DNA of 64,000 nucleotides from an uncultured Trueperaceae bacterium (GTDB lineage: Bacteria; Deinococcota; Deinococci; Deinococcales; Trueperaceae). Where the stretch lies: positions 1,014,598 through 1,078,597 of the forward strand of contig CAVSGP010000004.1 of NCBI GenBank assembly GCA_963727505.1. Reading direction: 5' to 3'. The translations under genes were made by a program, and so were the position numbers. Numbering within the stretch: the first letter of the stretch is position 1; each line of letters opens with the position of its first letter. Shown here piece after piece: positions 22,192 through 31,781 of this stretch. Under the pieces are notes generated by a model. The model did no database searches and was not told the DNA's origin. It saw only the letters and a program-made list of their open reading frames with translations.

Positions 22192-22223
22192 CGACGGCGC
22201 GCCCCAGTCGGGGCGCGCCGTCG
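22192..22223. terminator. Hairpin between convergent TRAP genes
   Basis: CGACGGCGCGCCCC-agtc-GGGGCGCGCCGTCG, 14-bp perfect stem; no strong U-tract. Confidence 0.65.
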
Positions 22224-22249
22224 GCTTGGCTCGCTGCGGTCGGTATCGC

Positions 22250-23332
22250 TCAGGTGTTGTTGTAGATGAAGTTCAGGTAGGCGTACTGGTTGATCTTGTC
22301 GAAGCCACGCACTTGCGCCATGAAGGGCGTCATGGAGTCGGAGATCTTCTTGTACATGGCGTTGCTGCCCCGCAGGTCGTCGTTGACCTTGACCCAGTTG
22401 TCGTACAGGACCTTCAGCACCGGCTCGGGGAACACCTTCGGCTGCGTGCCGCCGGCGACCAGTCGCTGGAAGGCGGCGGGATCCTTGTCGGTGTAGTCCG
22501 ACAGCATCTGGATGTTGGTGGCCTGGGCGGCATTGGAGACGATCGCCTGGACATCGGCGGGCATGCCCTTCCAGGTATCGAGGTTGAGGTAGAGGCAGAA
22601 CGCCGCCCCCGGCTCCTGCCAACCCGGGCTGTAGTAGTACTTGGCTGCCTTGTTGAGGCCCAGGATCTCGTCGTCGTGGGGGCCCACCCATTCCGCCGCG
22701 TCGAGCACGCCACGTTGCAACGCCAGGAAGATCTCGCCGCCGCCAAGGGTCTGGACGTTGACGCCAGCAGACGAGTACACCTTGGCGCCGAGCCCGGCCG
22801 TACGGAAGGACAAGCCCTGCAGGTCCGCCGGAGTCTTGATCTCCTTGTTGAACCAGCCCGCCATCTGCTGGCCGGTGTTGCCGGCGAGCAGCGGCTTGAG
22901 GTTGCTGTTGCCGCTGAGCTCGTCCCACAGTTCCTGCCCGCCGCCAGACTCGATCCAGGAGTTGATCTGCTTCGGCGTCAGGCCGAACGGGACGGTGGTG
23001 AAGAAGGCGTGCGACGGGTCCTTACCGACGTAGTAGTAGGAGGCCGTGTGACCCATCTCGAAAGCGCCGCTCGACACCGCGTCGAACACCTCGAGAGCAC
23101 CGACCTGGGCGCCGGCTTCGTACACCTGGATGGTGACGTCGCCGTTGGTCGCCGCCTTCACCCGATCCGCGATGCTCTGGGCTCCGCCGAACAGGATGTC
23201 GAGCGACCGCGGCCACGACGTCACCATGGTCCACTGCATCTTGGACCGTTGGGCGTTGGCGAACATGAGGGGCGACAGGCTCGCACCGGCCGCTACAACG
23301 CCTGCCTTCTTGAGGAAATCACGGCGCTTCAT
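22250..23332 (-). CDS. TRAP substrate-binding protein (DctP, TakP-like; Tat signal)
   Basis: MKRRDFLK Tat motif; WTMVTSWP, GNTGQQMAGWFNKEI and DAAEWVGP. Confidence 0.93.
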   Translation of the reverse strand: MKRRDFLKKAGVVAAGASLSPLMFANAQRSKMQWTMVTSWPRSLDILFGGAQSIADRVKAATNGDVTIQVYEAGAQVGALEVFDAVSSGAFEMGHTASYYYVGKDPSHAFFTTVPFGLTPKQINSWIESGGGQELWDELSGNSNLKPLLAGNTGQQMAGWFNKEIKTPADLQGLSFRTAGLGAKVYSSAGVNVQTLGGGEIFLALQRGVLDAAEWVGPHDDEILGLNKAAKYYYSPGWQEPGAAFCLYLNLDTWKGMPADVQAIVSNAAQATNIQMLSDYTDKDPAAFQRLVAGGTQPKVFPEPVLKVLYDNWVKVNDDLRGSNAMYKKISDSMTPFMAQVRGFDKINQYAYLNFIYNNT

Positions 23333-23599
23333 AGAACCTCCTGATGCTGGTCTCTTCTTCGCTTTTCGAGCCACGCTCAGTATAAGGATTCAGCACCGGT
23401 ACCGTGCAGAGCGCGCTTGTGTACGGCACACAGGAACTCGTCGCCATGGCGGCCGCGGGAACCCGCGCGCGGGCGAGGCCCGCATGAGGGTGCGGGCCTA
23501 CCCCACGGTCACCCTCACCGGGCCACGACGCCGGGGTGGTAGGTTTGTGCGGGCTGCTCACCGCGGCCTCACAATCCAGCCACCCCAAGGAGGGTCCTG

Positions 23600-24493
23600 A
23601 TGTTGAAGCTTCTCGGCCGTGCCCTGGCCACCGTCTTGCTCGTCGGCGTCATCGGAACGGCTGCCGCCCAGCAGCCGCTGACCGTGCGCATCGGATTCAA
23701 CCCCACCCAGAACTCGGACCAGCTCACCGCCGCGGCCAACGCAATCGCCACCTACCTCGAGAAGCAGTTCGGTGGCGCGGTCGAAGTGAAGGTCTACACG
23801 CCCACGGACTACCGGGGCCTGATCGAGGCCATGGGCTCGGGCAACCTGGACTTCGCCTTCTTCCCGCCCGACGGCTTCGTGGTGGCCAACCAGCAGGTGG
23901 GCGCGCAGGTGCTGCTGAAGTCGGTGCGCTTCGGCAACCCCTACTACTGGTCGGCCATCGTGGTGCGCAAGGACAGCGGCATCACCAACCTCGCAGACCT
24001 CGAAGGCAAGTCGATCGCCTGGGTGGACCCGAACTCGGCGGCCGGCTACACCTTCCCCCGGGCCGCGCTGATCGAAGCGGGCATCAATCCCGACGACTTC
24101 TTCTCCAAGCAGACCTTCGCCGGCGGCCACGACGCCGCCGTGCTGGCGGTCTACAACGGCTCGGTGGACTCGGCTGCGGTGTTCGCGAACGACGACCAGA
24201 ACAAGTCGGGCGCCTGGACTCAGTTCCTCAGCGCGGACCAGGCCAAGGCCCTGACGGCCATCTTCTACACGCGGCCCATCCCCGGCGATACCTTCAGCGT
24301 CTCCAAGCAGTTCGCGTCCGACCACCCGGCCCTGACCTACCAGATCGCGGCCGCCATCGCCGCCATCAAGGCGCCCGACAACAAGCTTCTGTACAACCTC
24401 TACCAGATCGATTACATGGTCCCCGCCGACAGCCAGGACTACGCCGTGGTTCGCGACACGCGGCGGATCCTCGGGCTGGACAAGAAGCAGTAG
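23600..24493 (+). CDS. phnD: PhnD/PtxB-family ABC substrate-binding protein
   Basis: Signal peptide; DY..LIEAM, DPNSAAGY..PR and AGGHDA; followed by phnC and phnE homologs. Confidence 0.85.
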   Translation: MLKLLGRALATVLLVGVIGTAAAQQPLTVRIGFNPTQNSDQLTAAANAIATYLEKQFGGAVEVKVYTPTDYRGLIEAMGSGNLDFAFFPPDGFVVANQQVGAQVLLKSVRFGNPYYWSAIVVRKDSGITNLADLEGKSIAWVDPNSAAGYTFPRAALIEAGINPDDFFSKQTFAGGHDAAVLAVYNGSVDSAAVFANDDQNKSGAWTQFLSADQAKALTAIFYTRPIPGDTFSVSKQFASDHPALTYQIAAAIAAIKAPDNKLLYNLYQIDYMVPADSQDYAVVRDTRRILGLDKKQ

Positions 24494-24500
24494 CGCCCCG

Positions 24501-24535
24501 TCGAGGGGTCGGGCGCGTGCCGCCCGGCCCCTCGA
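24501..24535. other. Intergenic hairpin after binding-protein gene
   Basis: TCGAGGGGTCGGGCG-cgtgc-CGCCCGGCCCCTCGA. Confidence 0.55.
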
Positions 24536-24546
24536 ACCATCGCCCC

Positions 24547-25296
24547 ATGATCGAGGTCACCAACCTCCGCAAGGTCTTCCCGGACGGCACGGAGGCGCTC
24601 CGCGACGTGAGCGTGTCCATCCCCGACGGCGATTTCGTCGCTGTCATCGGTCTCTCCGGCGCGGGCAAGTCGACCTTCCTGCGCTGCCTGAATCGCCTGG
24701 TCGACCCCACCGGCGGCACCATCGCCGTGGGTGGCCGCGACGTCGCCGGCTTGCGCGGTCGCGCGCTCCAGCGCTACCGCCGCACCGTGGGCTTTATCTT
24801 CCAGCAGTTCAATCTCGTAACGCGTCTCTCGGTGCTCGACAACGTGCTCTCCGGGCGGCTCGGATACCACCCCACCTGGCGCGGCATGCTGGCGCTGTAC
24901 AACGAGCGTGATTACGAGCTCGCCCAGGCGGCGATCCGCGAGGTCGGGCTGGCCGGCCGCGAGGACACCCGCGTCGACCAGCTCTCGGGCGGGCAGCAGC
25001 AACGAGTGGCCATCGCGCGCGCCATGACCCAGGAGCCCGAGCTGATCCTGGCTGACGAACCGATGGCGAGCCTCGACCCCCGCCTCTCCGATGTCATCCT
25101 CGGGCTCCTCAAGAACTACAACGAGACGCGTGGCGTTACGGTCCTGGTCAACATCCACGTGATCGAGCTGGCGAAGCGTTATGCCCGCCGCGTGATCGCG
25201 TTCAACCAGGGTCGCATCGTCTTCGACGGTCCGGTCTCCCAACTCGACACCGAACTGGAATCCACCATCTACGCAGGCTCGCTGGAGGCACTCTGA
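24547..25296 (+). CDS. phnC: Phosphonate-type ABC ATP-binding protein
   Basis: [35 protein letters not shown] and [10 protein letters not shown]. The track's extension to 23536 overlaps phnD. Confidence 0.93.
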   Translation: MIEVTNLRKVFPDGTEALRDVSVSIPDGDFVAVIGLSGAGKSTFLRCLNRLVDPTGGTIAVGGRDVAGLRGRALQRYRRTVGFIFQQFNLVTRLSVLDNVLSGRLGYHPTWRGMLALYNERDYELAQAAIREVGLAGREDTRVDQLSGGQQQRVAIARAMTQEPELILADEPMASLDPRLSDVILGLLKNYNETRGVTVLVNIHVIELAKRYARRVIAFNQGRIVFDGPVSQLDTELESTIYAGSLEAL

Positions 25297-26927
25297 TGTG
25301 GCTCGCGTTCGCCCTTGGAGCGCTCGCCTCCGTGCTGATGGGGCTGGCCAACGGCTCCATGCGCCGCCTCGTGATCGGGGGCGGCGTCGGCCTGACCGTG
25401 GCCTACTTCGCCTTCCCCCTGCTCGCGGCCGACGGCTTCGTCAGCCGCGACACGGTGAGCCCCACCCTGTTCGGCTTGACCCCGATCCATCCCGCCCTGG
25501 CGCTGGTGCTGGTCGCGGCCCTGCTCGGCGTCGCGGCCGCACGCCTGCCGCGGCGCATCGGCGGATCGCTCGCCGCGGGCGGCGCGCTGATCGCGGCCGG
25601 CTTGGTGTGGAGCGCGCAGGCGCAGCCCCCGCAGCTCGTCCACCTGCGAGCGCTGCCCGGCCTGATGGAGGCCCTGACCGGCCTCGCAATCACCGCCTCC
25701 CTGACGCTGCTGGGCTGGGGCTCGCGTCGCCTGCGCGTCCCCATCCTGGTGATCGGCATCGCCGCGGGCGCGCTGGCCTTCGGCTTCCTGGTCTCGCCGG
25801 CGGGACATCGCCTGTTCCCCAACGCCAACGGCTACTACCGGTTGGCCCTGCCCGTCGACGGCGCGACGCAGAAGGACATCGTCGCCGAGTACAACGCCAA
25901 CCTGGACACCATCAACGCGCAGCGGCAGCGCATCGGGCTCCATGCGTTGCCACCCATCGACTCGGCGGCCAGCCTCGGCACGGAGCGGCTTCCGGAGGCG
26001 GCGTCCAAACGGGGTTACCGCATGGTGCGGCCGGCCGAGAGCCATTACGGCGTGTGGGTGGCCATGCTGCTCGCCGGCATCCTGCTGGGGAGCGGCGCCA
26101 TGCTCGCCTGGCGCCCGCGTCTGCATGAGACGGGGGACGTGGCGGGGGGCATCCTCTACGCCGCGGTGGTGCTGTCGCTGGCCCCTGCGTTCGCGTCGAC
26201 CGAGTTCAGCTTCGGCAAGCTGGCCGAGGGATGGCCGTTCCTGATGAAGTTCCTCGATCGTGCCTGGCCGCCGCTGTGGGCCGACCCCAGCTACGGGCAG
26301 TTCGGCATCTTCCCGCTCCAGGAGGTCGCGAGCCAGATGCTCATCACGCTCGAGATCGCGCTGGTGGGCACCTTCCTGGGGGCCATCTTCGCCGTGCCGC
26401 TCAGCTTCCTGGCCGCCCGCAACCTGACGCAGGGCAACACCCTGATGCGGCTGGTGTTCGCGCTCACGCGAGGCTTCTTCAACCTCGACCGCGGCGTCGA
26501 CACCCTCATCCTGGCGCTGATCTTCGTCGCCGCGGTCGGTCTCGGCCCCTTCGCCGGCGTGCTGGCCATGGCCATCCACTCGATCGCCGACCTCGGCAAG
26601 CTCTACTCCGAGTCGATCGAGAACGTCGATCGAGGTCCGATCGAAGCCTTGGAGGCGGTGGGGGCGTCAGGGAGCAACGTCGTGCGCTGGTCGATCCTGC
26701 CACAGGTATCCCCGCTGTTCCTGGGCTGGACCCTGTACCGTTTCGAGATCAACTTCCGTGTCTCCATCGTGCTCGGGCTGGTCGGCGCAGGGGGGATCGG
26801 TTTCTTCATCCAGGACAAGATGTCTTCGGGCCGCTACGACCAGATGATCATCGCCATCCTCGCCATCGTCATCGTCGTGAACATCATCGACTTCGCATCC
26901 TCGTGGCTGCGCTCGAGGCTGGTATGA
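25296..26927 (+). CDS. phnE: PhnE-type permease with long N-terminal membrane extension
   Basis: C-terminal half has LAARN, GLGPFAGVLA, GKLYSESIE and FEINFR..LGLVGAGGIG. Confidence 0.9.
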   Translation: MWLAFALGALASVLMGLANGSMRRLVIGGGVGLTVAYFAFPLLAADGFVSRDTVSPTLFGLTPIHPALALVLVAALLGVAAARLPRRIGGSLAAGGALIAAGLVWSAQAQPPQLVHLRALPGLMEALTGLAITASLTLLGWGSRRLRVPILVIGIAAGALAFGFLVSPAGHRLFPNANGYYRLALPVDGATQKDIVAEYNANLDTINAQRQRIGLHALPPIDSAASLGTERLPEAASKRGYRMVRPAESHYGVWVAMLLAGILLGSGAMLAWRPRLHETGDVAGGILYAAVVLSLAPAFASTEFSFGKLAEGWPFLMKFLDRAWPPLWADPSYGQFGIFPLQEVASQMLITLEIALVGTFLGAIFAVPLSFLAARNLTQGNTLMRLVFALTRGFFNLDRGVDTLILALIFVAAVGLGPFAGVLAMAIHSIADLGKLYSESIENVDRGPIEALEAVGASGSNVVRWSILPQVSPLFLGWTLYRFEINFRVSIVLGLVGAGGIGFFIQDKMSSGRYDQMIIAILAIVIVVNIIDFASSWLRSRLV

Positions 26928-26983
26928 GCCCCTCTTGGCCGGCTTCTCACGGAGCTGCTGCGCGCCCCGCTACAATGACCGGC

Positions 26984-27472
26984 ATGAAACGTTCCCTGAG
27001 AACCCGCGTCCTCTTGGCACTGGTCACTGCTGCGCTGGTCTCCGGAATCTCGAGCGCCAGCGCTCAGGGCAACTGGTTCGGCGTCCGGACCGGCTACCCG
27101 CTCGGCGTCACCATCCACTACGGCATCGCCAATGCGCTGTCCAACGGCTTCGACCTGCGCATCAGCGGGCACGTCGTCGCACACGGCGGCCAGGCCCGCG
27201 TCGGCATCGGCCTCGACGCCATGCACACCATCGCTGCGGCGTCGCCGTTCTCCGTGTACCTGGGTGCCGGGCCCGCCATCGAGTTCGGCGCGGGCAATGC
27301 CTGGCTCGACCTGCACGCCCTGCTCGGCGGCGAGTTCCGCTTCGTCGACCTTGGGCTTCCCCAGCTCGGGATCTTCGCGGAGGCCACGCTCGGCGGCGCC
27401 ATCGGGCTCTCCGACGGCTCGGCCGAGGTCCCCACGTTCGGCGCCGGGCTCGGCGTCAACTACCACTTCTGA
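26984..27472 (+). CDS. Small secreted outer-membrane beta-barrel-like protein
   Basis: Signal peptide, alternating beta strands and C-terminal GVNYHF; TACAAT 7 nt before ATG. Confidence 0.75.
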   Translation: MKRSLRTRVLLALVTAALVSGISSASAQGNWFGVRTGYPLGVTIHYGIANALSNGFDLRISGHVVAHGGQARVGIGLDAMHTIAAASPFSVYLGAGPAIEFGAGNAWLDLHALLGGEFRFVDLGLPQLGIFAEATLGGAIGLSDGSAEVPTFGAGLGVNYHF

Positions 27473-27473
27473 G

Positions 27474-28052
27474 TCAACGACGACTTCTGAACTCCCCTCC
27501 TTCGGGGCCCCGGCCGCGCTCCACGAGCGCCACCAGGGCCTCGGGGTCGCGGGGCGCCAGGAGCAGGGGTGGCCCCTCGTCGAAGTGGAGGAGCACGCCG
27601 TCGCCCCGCGGAGCGGCCACGATCACGCGCGACGACCGCGGGCCGCGTAGCCGCCAGCGACCGACGTAGTAACCGGGAAGCTGGCTCTGGACGGGTCCCA
27701 GGCGCGCGCCGGGCAGGACCAGCAGGTCGTAGCGTAGGACCTCGGCGTGGCGCACGCTCTTCAGCGGGATCCTGATCCTTGCGAGCAGCGTGGTGATCTC
27801 CAGCGACCGCCCGCGAAGCCGGTAGTCGAGCCGGCGCGGTGCGCGGCTCAACGACCAGGTACCGATCCCCAACGCAATGAGTTCCACGACCGCGACGAGC
27901 GTCACGAGTCCCGGTGCCGGTCGTTGCTGGGCCGGGACCCCCGGCTCGATCGCGACCCACAGGAGAACGACGGGAACGGCAAGTCCGACGACGAGCAGCG
28001 CCACGACCGGCCAGCTCCGGGGGCGCTCGCGCCGGGGGGCGATCTCACGCAT
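27474..28052 (-). CDS. Membrane protein with bacterial PH-like domain
   Basis: Two TMs followed by GYYVGRW and LLLAPRDPEAL; typical SPFH-RHH-PH context. Confidence 0.7.
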   Translation of the reverse strand: MREIAPRRERPRSWPVVALLVVGLAVPVVLLWVAIEPGVPAQQRPAPGLVTLVAVVELIALGIGTWSLSRAPRRLDYRLRGRSLEITTLLARIRIPLKSVRHAEVLRYDLLVLPGARLGPVQSQLPGYYVGRWRLRGPRSSRVIVAAPRGDGVLLHFDEGPPLLLAPRDPEALVALVERGRGPEGGEFRSRR

Positions 28053-28248
28053 TGCCGGACCCCTCCTCGTCCCGGGACGCTTCCGCGTCACGCGACGCCT
28101 CTCGCACCCGCCCCGCACGCGCGAGCGCTTCCTTGAGCAGGAACTCGATCTGCGCGTTCACGCTGCGCAGGTCGTCGGCCGCCCACTTCTCCAGCGCACG
28201 GTGGACGTCGGGATCGATCCTGAGGAGGAAACGCTTCTTCTCGGCCAT
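28045..28248 (-). CDS. Small Arc-like ribbon-helix-helix DNA-binding protein
   Basis: MAEKKRFLLRIDPDVHRALEKWAADDLRSVNAQIEFLL; hidden at the end of a longer track ORF. Confidence 0.88.
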   Translation of the reverse strand: MAEKKRFLLRIDPDVHRALEKWAADDLRSVNAQIEFLLKEALARAGRVREASRDAEASRDEEGSGNA

Positions 28249-28289
28249 GGTCTCGCGGTCCGGTCCCGGGATCTCCGCGCGCTCGCCGG

Positions 28290-29990
28290 TCAGGGCGCGG
28301 CGAGGAGGGCTCCCGCCAGGTAGGCGTGCAGGGCATCGAGGAGCGTCGTGGACAGGAGCGTCCCCGGTCCGGGCACGGCGTGATCGGCGGCGGCTCCCTC
28401 GGCTTCGTAGAGATCGTGCTCGAGATCGGGGAGCACGAGGTACGTCGCATGGGGCGCGGCGCGGTGCAGGGCGTCCCCGTTCGCAGGCAGGACCTGGATG
28501 TCCTTGCCCCCCTGGACGATGCCCATGGGCGCGCTCACCTTCGCGGCCAGCTGCGCCGGGTCGACGTCGATCTCGCTGCGCAGCAGCCCGGCGGCGTGCG
28601 CGAAGACCGCCGCGATCGGGTTGTCCGCTAGATCGCCGGTCAGCGCCAGACGCGTTCCCGTGCTGGCCCGGATGGCGTCCATCGCCTGGTTGGCCTGCGC
28701 CTGAGTGGTGGCGATCTCGGCCGCCGACGCGCCGTTGCGGCGCGCCTGGCGGACCAGTTGGTCCACGACCACCTGCCCCAGCGGCAGCCCCGGCGAGGCC
28801 AGCAGCACCACGGCGGTCGGGTCGACGTAGCCGTTGGCCGTGGAATAGAGCGCCACCAACCCGCCCTCGGAGTGCCCGATGAGCCCGACCCGGCGAGGGT
28901 CGATGTCGGGCCGGGAGCGTAGCAGCGCCACCCAGGCCGCCGTGTTCTTCCCATACGTCGCCAGCGTCACGGCGTTCCCGTCCCCCGTGCTCGCCCCGAT
29001 GCCGAGCTTGTCGATGCGCAACACGGCGTACCCTGCGCACCCCAGGTCGTACGCCAGCTGACGGTACATGCCGTTGGTGATCAGGGGGGGCGCGTTGCCG
29101 TTCCGGTCGACCGCCCCGCTCCCCGGGATGAGGAGCAACGCCGGCGCCCCGCTGTCCGGGCGTGCGCGCGGCATGGTGAGCGTGCCGGCGAGCGACGCGC
29201 CCGTGCTCTGGACCTGGACCTGCTGCTCGGTGAAGCACGAGCGCTGCGCGGAGAGGTGCTTCTCGAGGGCCGCGCGCACCGCGTCCGCTTCGGTCCGCTG
29301 CCGATCCGCAGCCGCGCGCGAAGACGCGGTCTCCAAGGTGTAACGCAGGCCGATGACGGGTTGCGCGAACGCCACGATGGTGCCGCCGTCATCGAGCCAC
29401 AGCGTCAGGCCGACCTTCTGCCCGGCCACGGCGAGGGTGGCGTCGAACCGCTCCGCCGTCACCGACGACCCGCCCACCTCGACGGTCTCCGGGCCCTTCG
29501 CCGTGAACGCTACGGTCCCGGTTTGCGCCGCCTGAGGGACGAGCACGTCGAAGCGCTGCGGTTGCGTGGCGCTCGGGTCGAGCCGGGACGCGACGAGCTG
29601 CCAGCCGTCCAGCATGCTGTTGTCGAGCACCACGACGGGCCCGGGGAGCGGCACCTGCACCGTCTGCCGGTTGCCGCCCTGTTCGATGACGAACGACGCC
29701 TGCCCGTGTTGGAAGGTGACGTCCATCGACAGCGCGGCGCCGCGCGCCGTTCCTTCCAGGTGGTAGCTCTGGGCGGCGCCGTCGGCGTTCACGACCAGGC
29801 GGTCGGTCAGATCGGCCAGCCCCGTGAGGTGGAGGCCGGAGGTGCTCACGGTGCCGGCCGCCGTGGAGGCGAGCCGCAGCTCGAAGGACCCCAGGTCGGA
29901 CCCGGCCTGACGGATGGCGTAGCTCTGAGCACCCGCGCTCCCGACGCTCAGGAGAGCGACGAGCCCGAGCGAGACGAGGATCTTGCGCAC
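28290..29990 (-). CDS. Secreted alpha/beta hydrolase with beta-rich N-terminal domain
   Basis: Signal peptide; GSG..DRNGN, nucleophile GHSEG, QGGKD and LEH. Confidence 0.88.
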   Translation of the reverse strand: MRKILVSLGLVALLSVGSAGAQSYAIRQAGSDLGSFELRLASTAAGTVSTSGLHLTGLADLTDRLVVNADGAAQSYHLEGTARGAALSMDVTFQHGQASFVIEQGGNRQTVQVPLPGPVVVLDNSMLDGWQLVASRLDPSATQPQRFDVLVPQAAQTGTVAFTAKGPETVEVGGSSVTAERFDATLAVAGQKVGLTLWLDDGGTIVAFAQPVIGLRYTLETASSRAAADRQRTEADAVRAALEKHLSAQRSCFTEQQVQVQSTGASLAGTLTMPRARPDSGAPALLLIPGSGAVDRNGNAPPLITNGMYRQLAYDLGCAGYAVLRIDKLGIGASTGDGNAVTLATYGKNTAAWVALLRSRPDIDPRRVGLIGHSEGGLVALYSTANGYVDPTAVVLLASPGLPLGQVVVDQLVRQARRNGASAAEIATTQAQANQAMDAIRASTGTRLALTGDLADNPIAAVFAHAAGLLRSEIDVDPAQLAAKVSAPMGIVQGGKDIQVLPANGDALHRAAPHATYLVLPDLEHDLYEAEGAAADHAVPGPGTLLSTTLLDALHAYLAGALLAAP

Positions 29991-30009
29991 GAGGAACGTC
30001 CTTCCGGGA

Positions 30010-30876
30010 TCAGCCGGCGTAGAGCGTGCCGGTGTTGACGACGGGCGTACTGGCCTGTTCGCTGGTCAGCGCCACCATGAGGTTGTTCGCCATGGCGGCG
30101 CGCTTGTCCTGATCGAGCTCGACCACGCCACGCGAGGCCAGGCCGTCCAGCGCGTCCTCCACCATGCCGACAGCTGCTTCCACGATGAGTCGGCGCGCGG
30201 CCACCACGGCCTGGGCCTGCTGGCGGCGCAGCATCGCCTGGGCGATCTCAGGGGCGTAGGCGAGGTGCGTCAGACGGGCCTCGATGACGTCCACGCCGGC
30301 CACCTCGAGCCGGGCGTCGAGTTCCTCCTTCAGGGCGTGCGCCAGCTCCTCGGGGTTCTCCCGAAGGCTCTGCCGGTCCTGGCCGCTCGCATCGTACGGG
30401 TAGCGGGTGGCGAGGCTGCGAATGGCCGTCTCCGCCTGGATGTCGACGAACTCCTCGTAGTCGTCGACGTCGAATACGGCCTTGGCCGATTCCACCACGC
30501 GCCACACCACGACCGCCGCGATCTCGACCGGGCTCCCGTCGGCATCGTTCACCTTGAGTTTGTCGCTGTTGAAGTTCCGCACCCGAAGGCTCACCCTGCG
30601 CTTGCTGGTGAGCGGGTTGGTCCACCAGAACCCCGGCAGGCGCACGCTACCGACGTAGCTACCGAAGAACACCAAGACCCGGGCCTCGTTGGGCTGCACG
30701 GTGAAGAAACCCGGGGCGAGCACGACCACCCCGACGATCATGACGATCCGCAGCAGGAGCCCCGGCAGATGACCGTACGCCGCGCCGACCACCAGGTAGC
30801 CGACCAGGGCGAGCTCGATCGCGAGCACGGGGAAGCCGTTGATGCCGAACGCGCGCTTCTCTTGGACGCGAATCAT
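30010..30876 (-). CDS. SPFH/band-7 domain protein
   Basis: [45 protein letters not shown] and VVNTGTLY. Confidence 0.93.
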   Translation of the reverse strand: MIRVQEKRAFGINGFPVLAIELALVGYLVVGAAYGHLPGLLLRIVMIVGVVVLAPGFFTVQPNEARVLVFFGSYVGSVRLPGFWWTNPLTSKRRVSLRVRNFNSDKLKVNDADGSPVEIAAVVVWRVVESAKAVFDVDDYEEFVDIQAETAIRSLATRYPYDASGQDRQSLRENPEELAHALKEELDARLEVAGVDVIEARLTHLAYAPEIAQAMLRRQQAQAVVAARRLIVEAAVGMVEDALDGLASRGVVELDQDKRAAMANNLMVALTSEQASTPVVNTGTLYAG

Positions 30877-30887
30877 GGCGCCTCCTT

Positions 30888-30924
30888 TGGCGTCAATATG
30901 ATATCACGTCGATACCAGATACCA
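30888..30924. promoter_or_regulatory. Cluster of GATA(T/C)CA repeats upstream of the SPFH-RHH operon (candidate RHH operator)
   Basis: TGATATCA palindrome 30899-30906, tandem GATACCA at 30911 and 30918, and TGGCGTCA at 30888; AT-rich patch. Confidence 0.55.
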
Positions 30925-30950
30925 GGGACGTCCGTCCCGCCCTCGCGTGC

Positions 30951-31718
30951 TCAGGTGCGCTCGGCCAGCAGCCGCAACCCCCGCAGGGTCAGCAGCGGAT
31001 CGGTGACGTCGATCCTCCTGGCATGCGGCTTCACCACGTCCGCGAAACCCCCGGTCGCGATGACGAAGGGAGGGCCGTGCTCGTCTACGATCTCGGCGGC
31101 GAGCCGCTCCACCATGCCGTCCACCATGGCGGCGTACCCGAACACCAGCCCCGACTGCAGCGCGCTCACCGTGTTGCGGCCGATGGCGTGCTCGGGCGCC
31201 ACCAGATCCACCCGGGGGAGCATGGCCGCGCGGGCGAAGAGCGCCTCCGCCGCGACCCCGGGGCCCGGCGCCAGGGCGACCCCCAACAGCCGGTTGGGCC
31301 GCACGACCACGTCGAAGTTGGTCGCGGTCCCGAAGTCGACCACGATGAAGGCGTCGGCCTCGTACTGCAGCGCCGCCACGGCGTTGACCATGCGGTCGGC
31401 GCCGACCTCGCGCGGATTGTCGGTGGCGACATCGAGAAGGGGGGCCACCAGCTCCGGGGTGACGCGCCGGACCGACACCCCCCAGTAGCGCTTGAGCGCG
31501 TCCGACAGCTCGGGCGCCACAGGCGGCACCACCGACGACACGATGGCCCGGTCGGGAGGCTCGAGCCCCTCGAGCTCGAACAACCGGCTCAGCAGCACCG
31601 CGTACTCGTCCGCCATGCGCATGCGGTCGGTCGCAACGCGCCAGGAGGCGACCAGGTCCTCATCGCGGTACAGGCCCAGAACGGTAGTGGTGTTGCCGAC
31701 ATCGACAGCCAGAAGCAC
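30951..31718 (-). CDS. coaX: Type III pantothenate kinase
   Basis: [25 protein letters not shown] and ATGG. Confidence 0.96.
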   Translation of the reverse strand: MLLAVDVGNTTTVLGLYRDEDLVASWRVATDRMRMADEYAVLLSRLFELEGLEPPDRAIVSSVVPPVAPELSDALKRYWGVSVRRVTPELVAPLLDVATDNPREVGADRMVNAVAALQYEADAFIVVDFGTATNFDVVVRPNRLLGVALAPGPGVAAEALFARAAMLPRVDLVAPEHAIGRNTVSALQSGLVFGYAAMVDGMVERLAAEIVDEHGPPFVIATGGFADVVKPHARRIDVTDPLLTLRGLRLLAERT

Positions 31719-31781
31719 GGCGTGAGTCTACCACCGCGCCCCTTCGCGCCCCGAGGCCGGGGCGCTGGTAGACTCTCCCCC
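31719..31781. promoter_or_regulatory. Back-to-back putative leaderless promoters for coaX and dcd
   Basis: TGGTAGACT on both strands; TAGACT lies 6 nt from the coaX GTG and 7 nt from the dcd ATG, with no RBS for either. Confidence 0.7.

Noticed and set aside
23536..24546. Apparent long N-terminal extension on PhnC
   Set aside because: Off-frame overlap with phnD.
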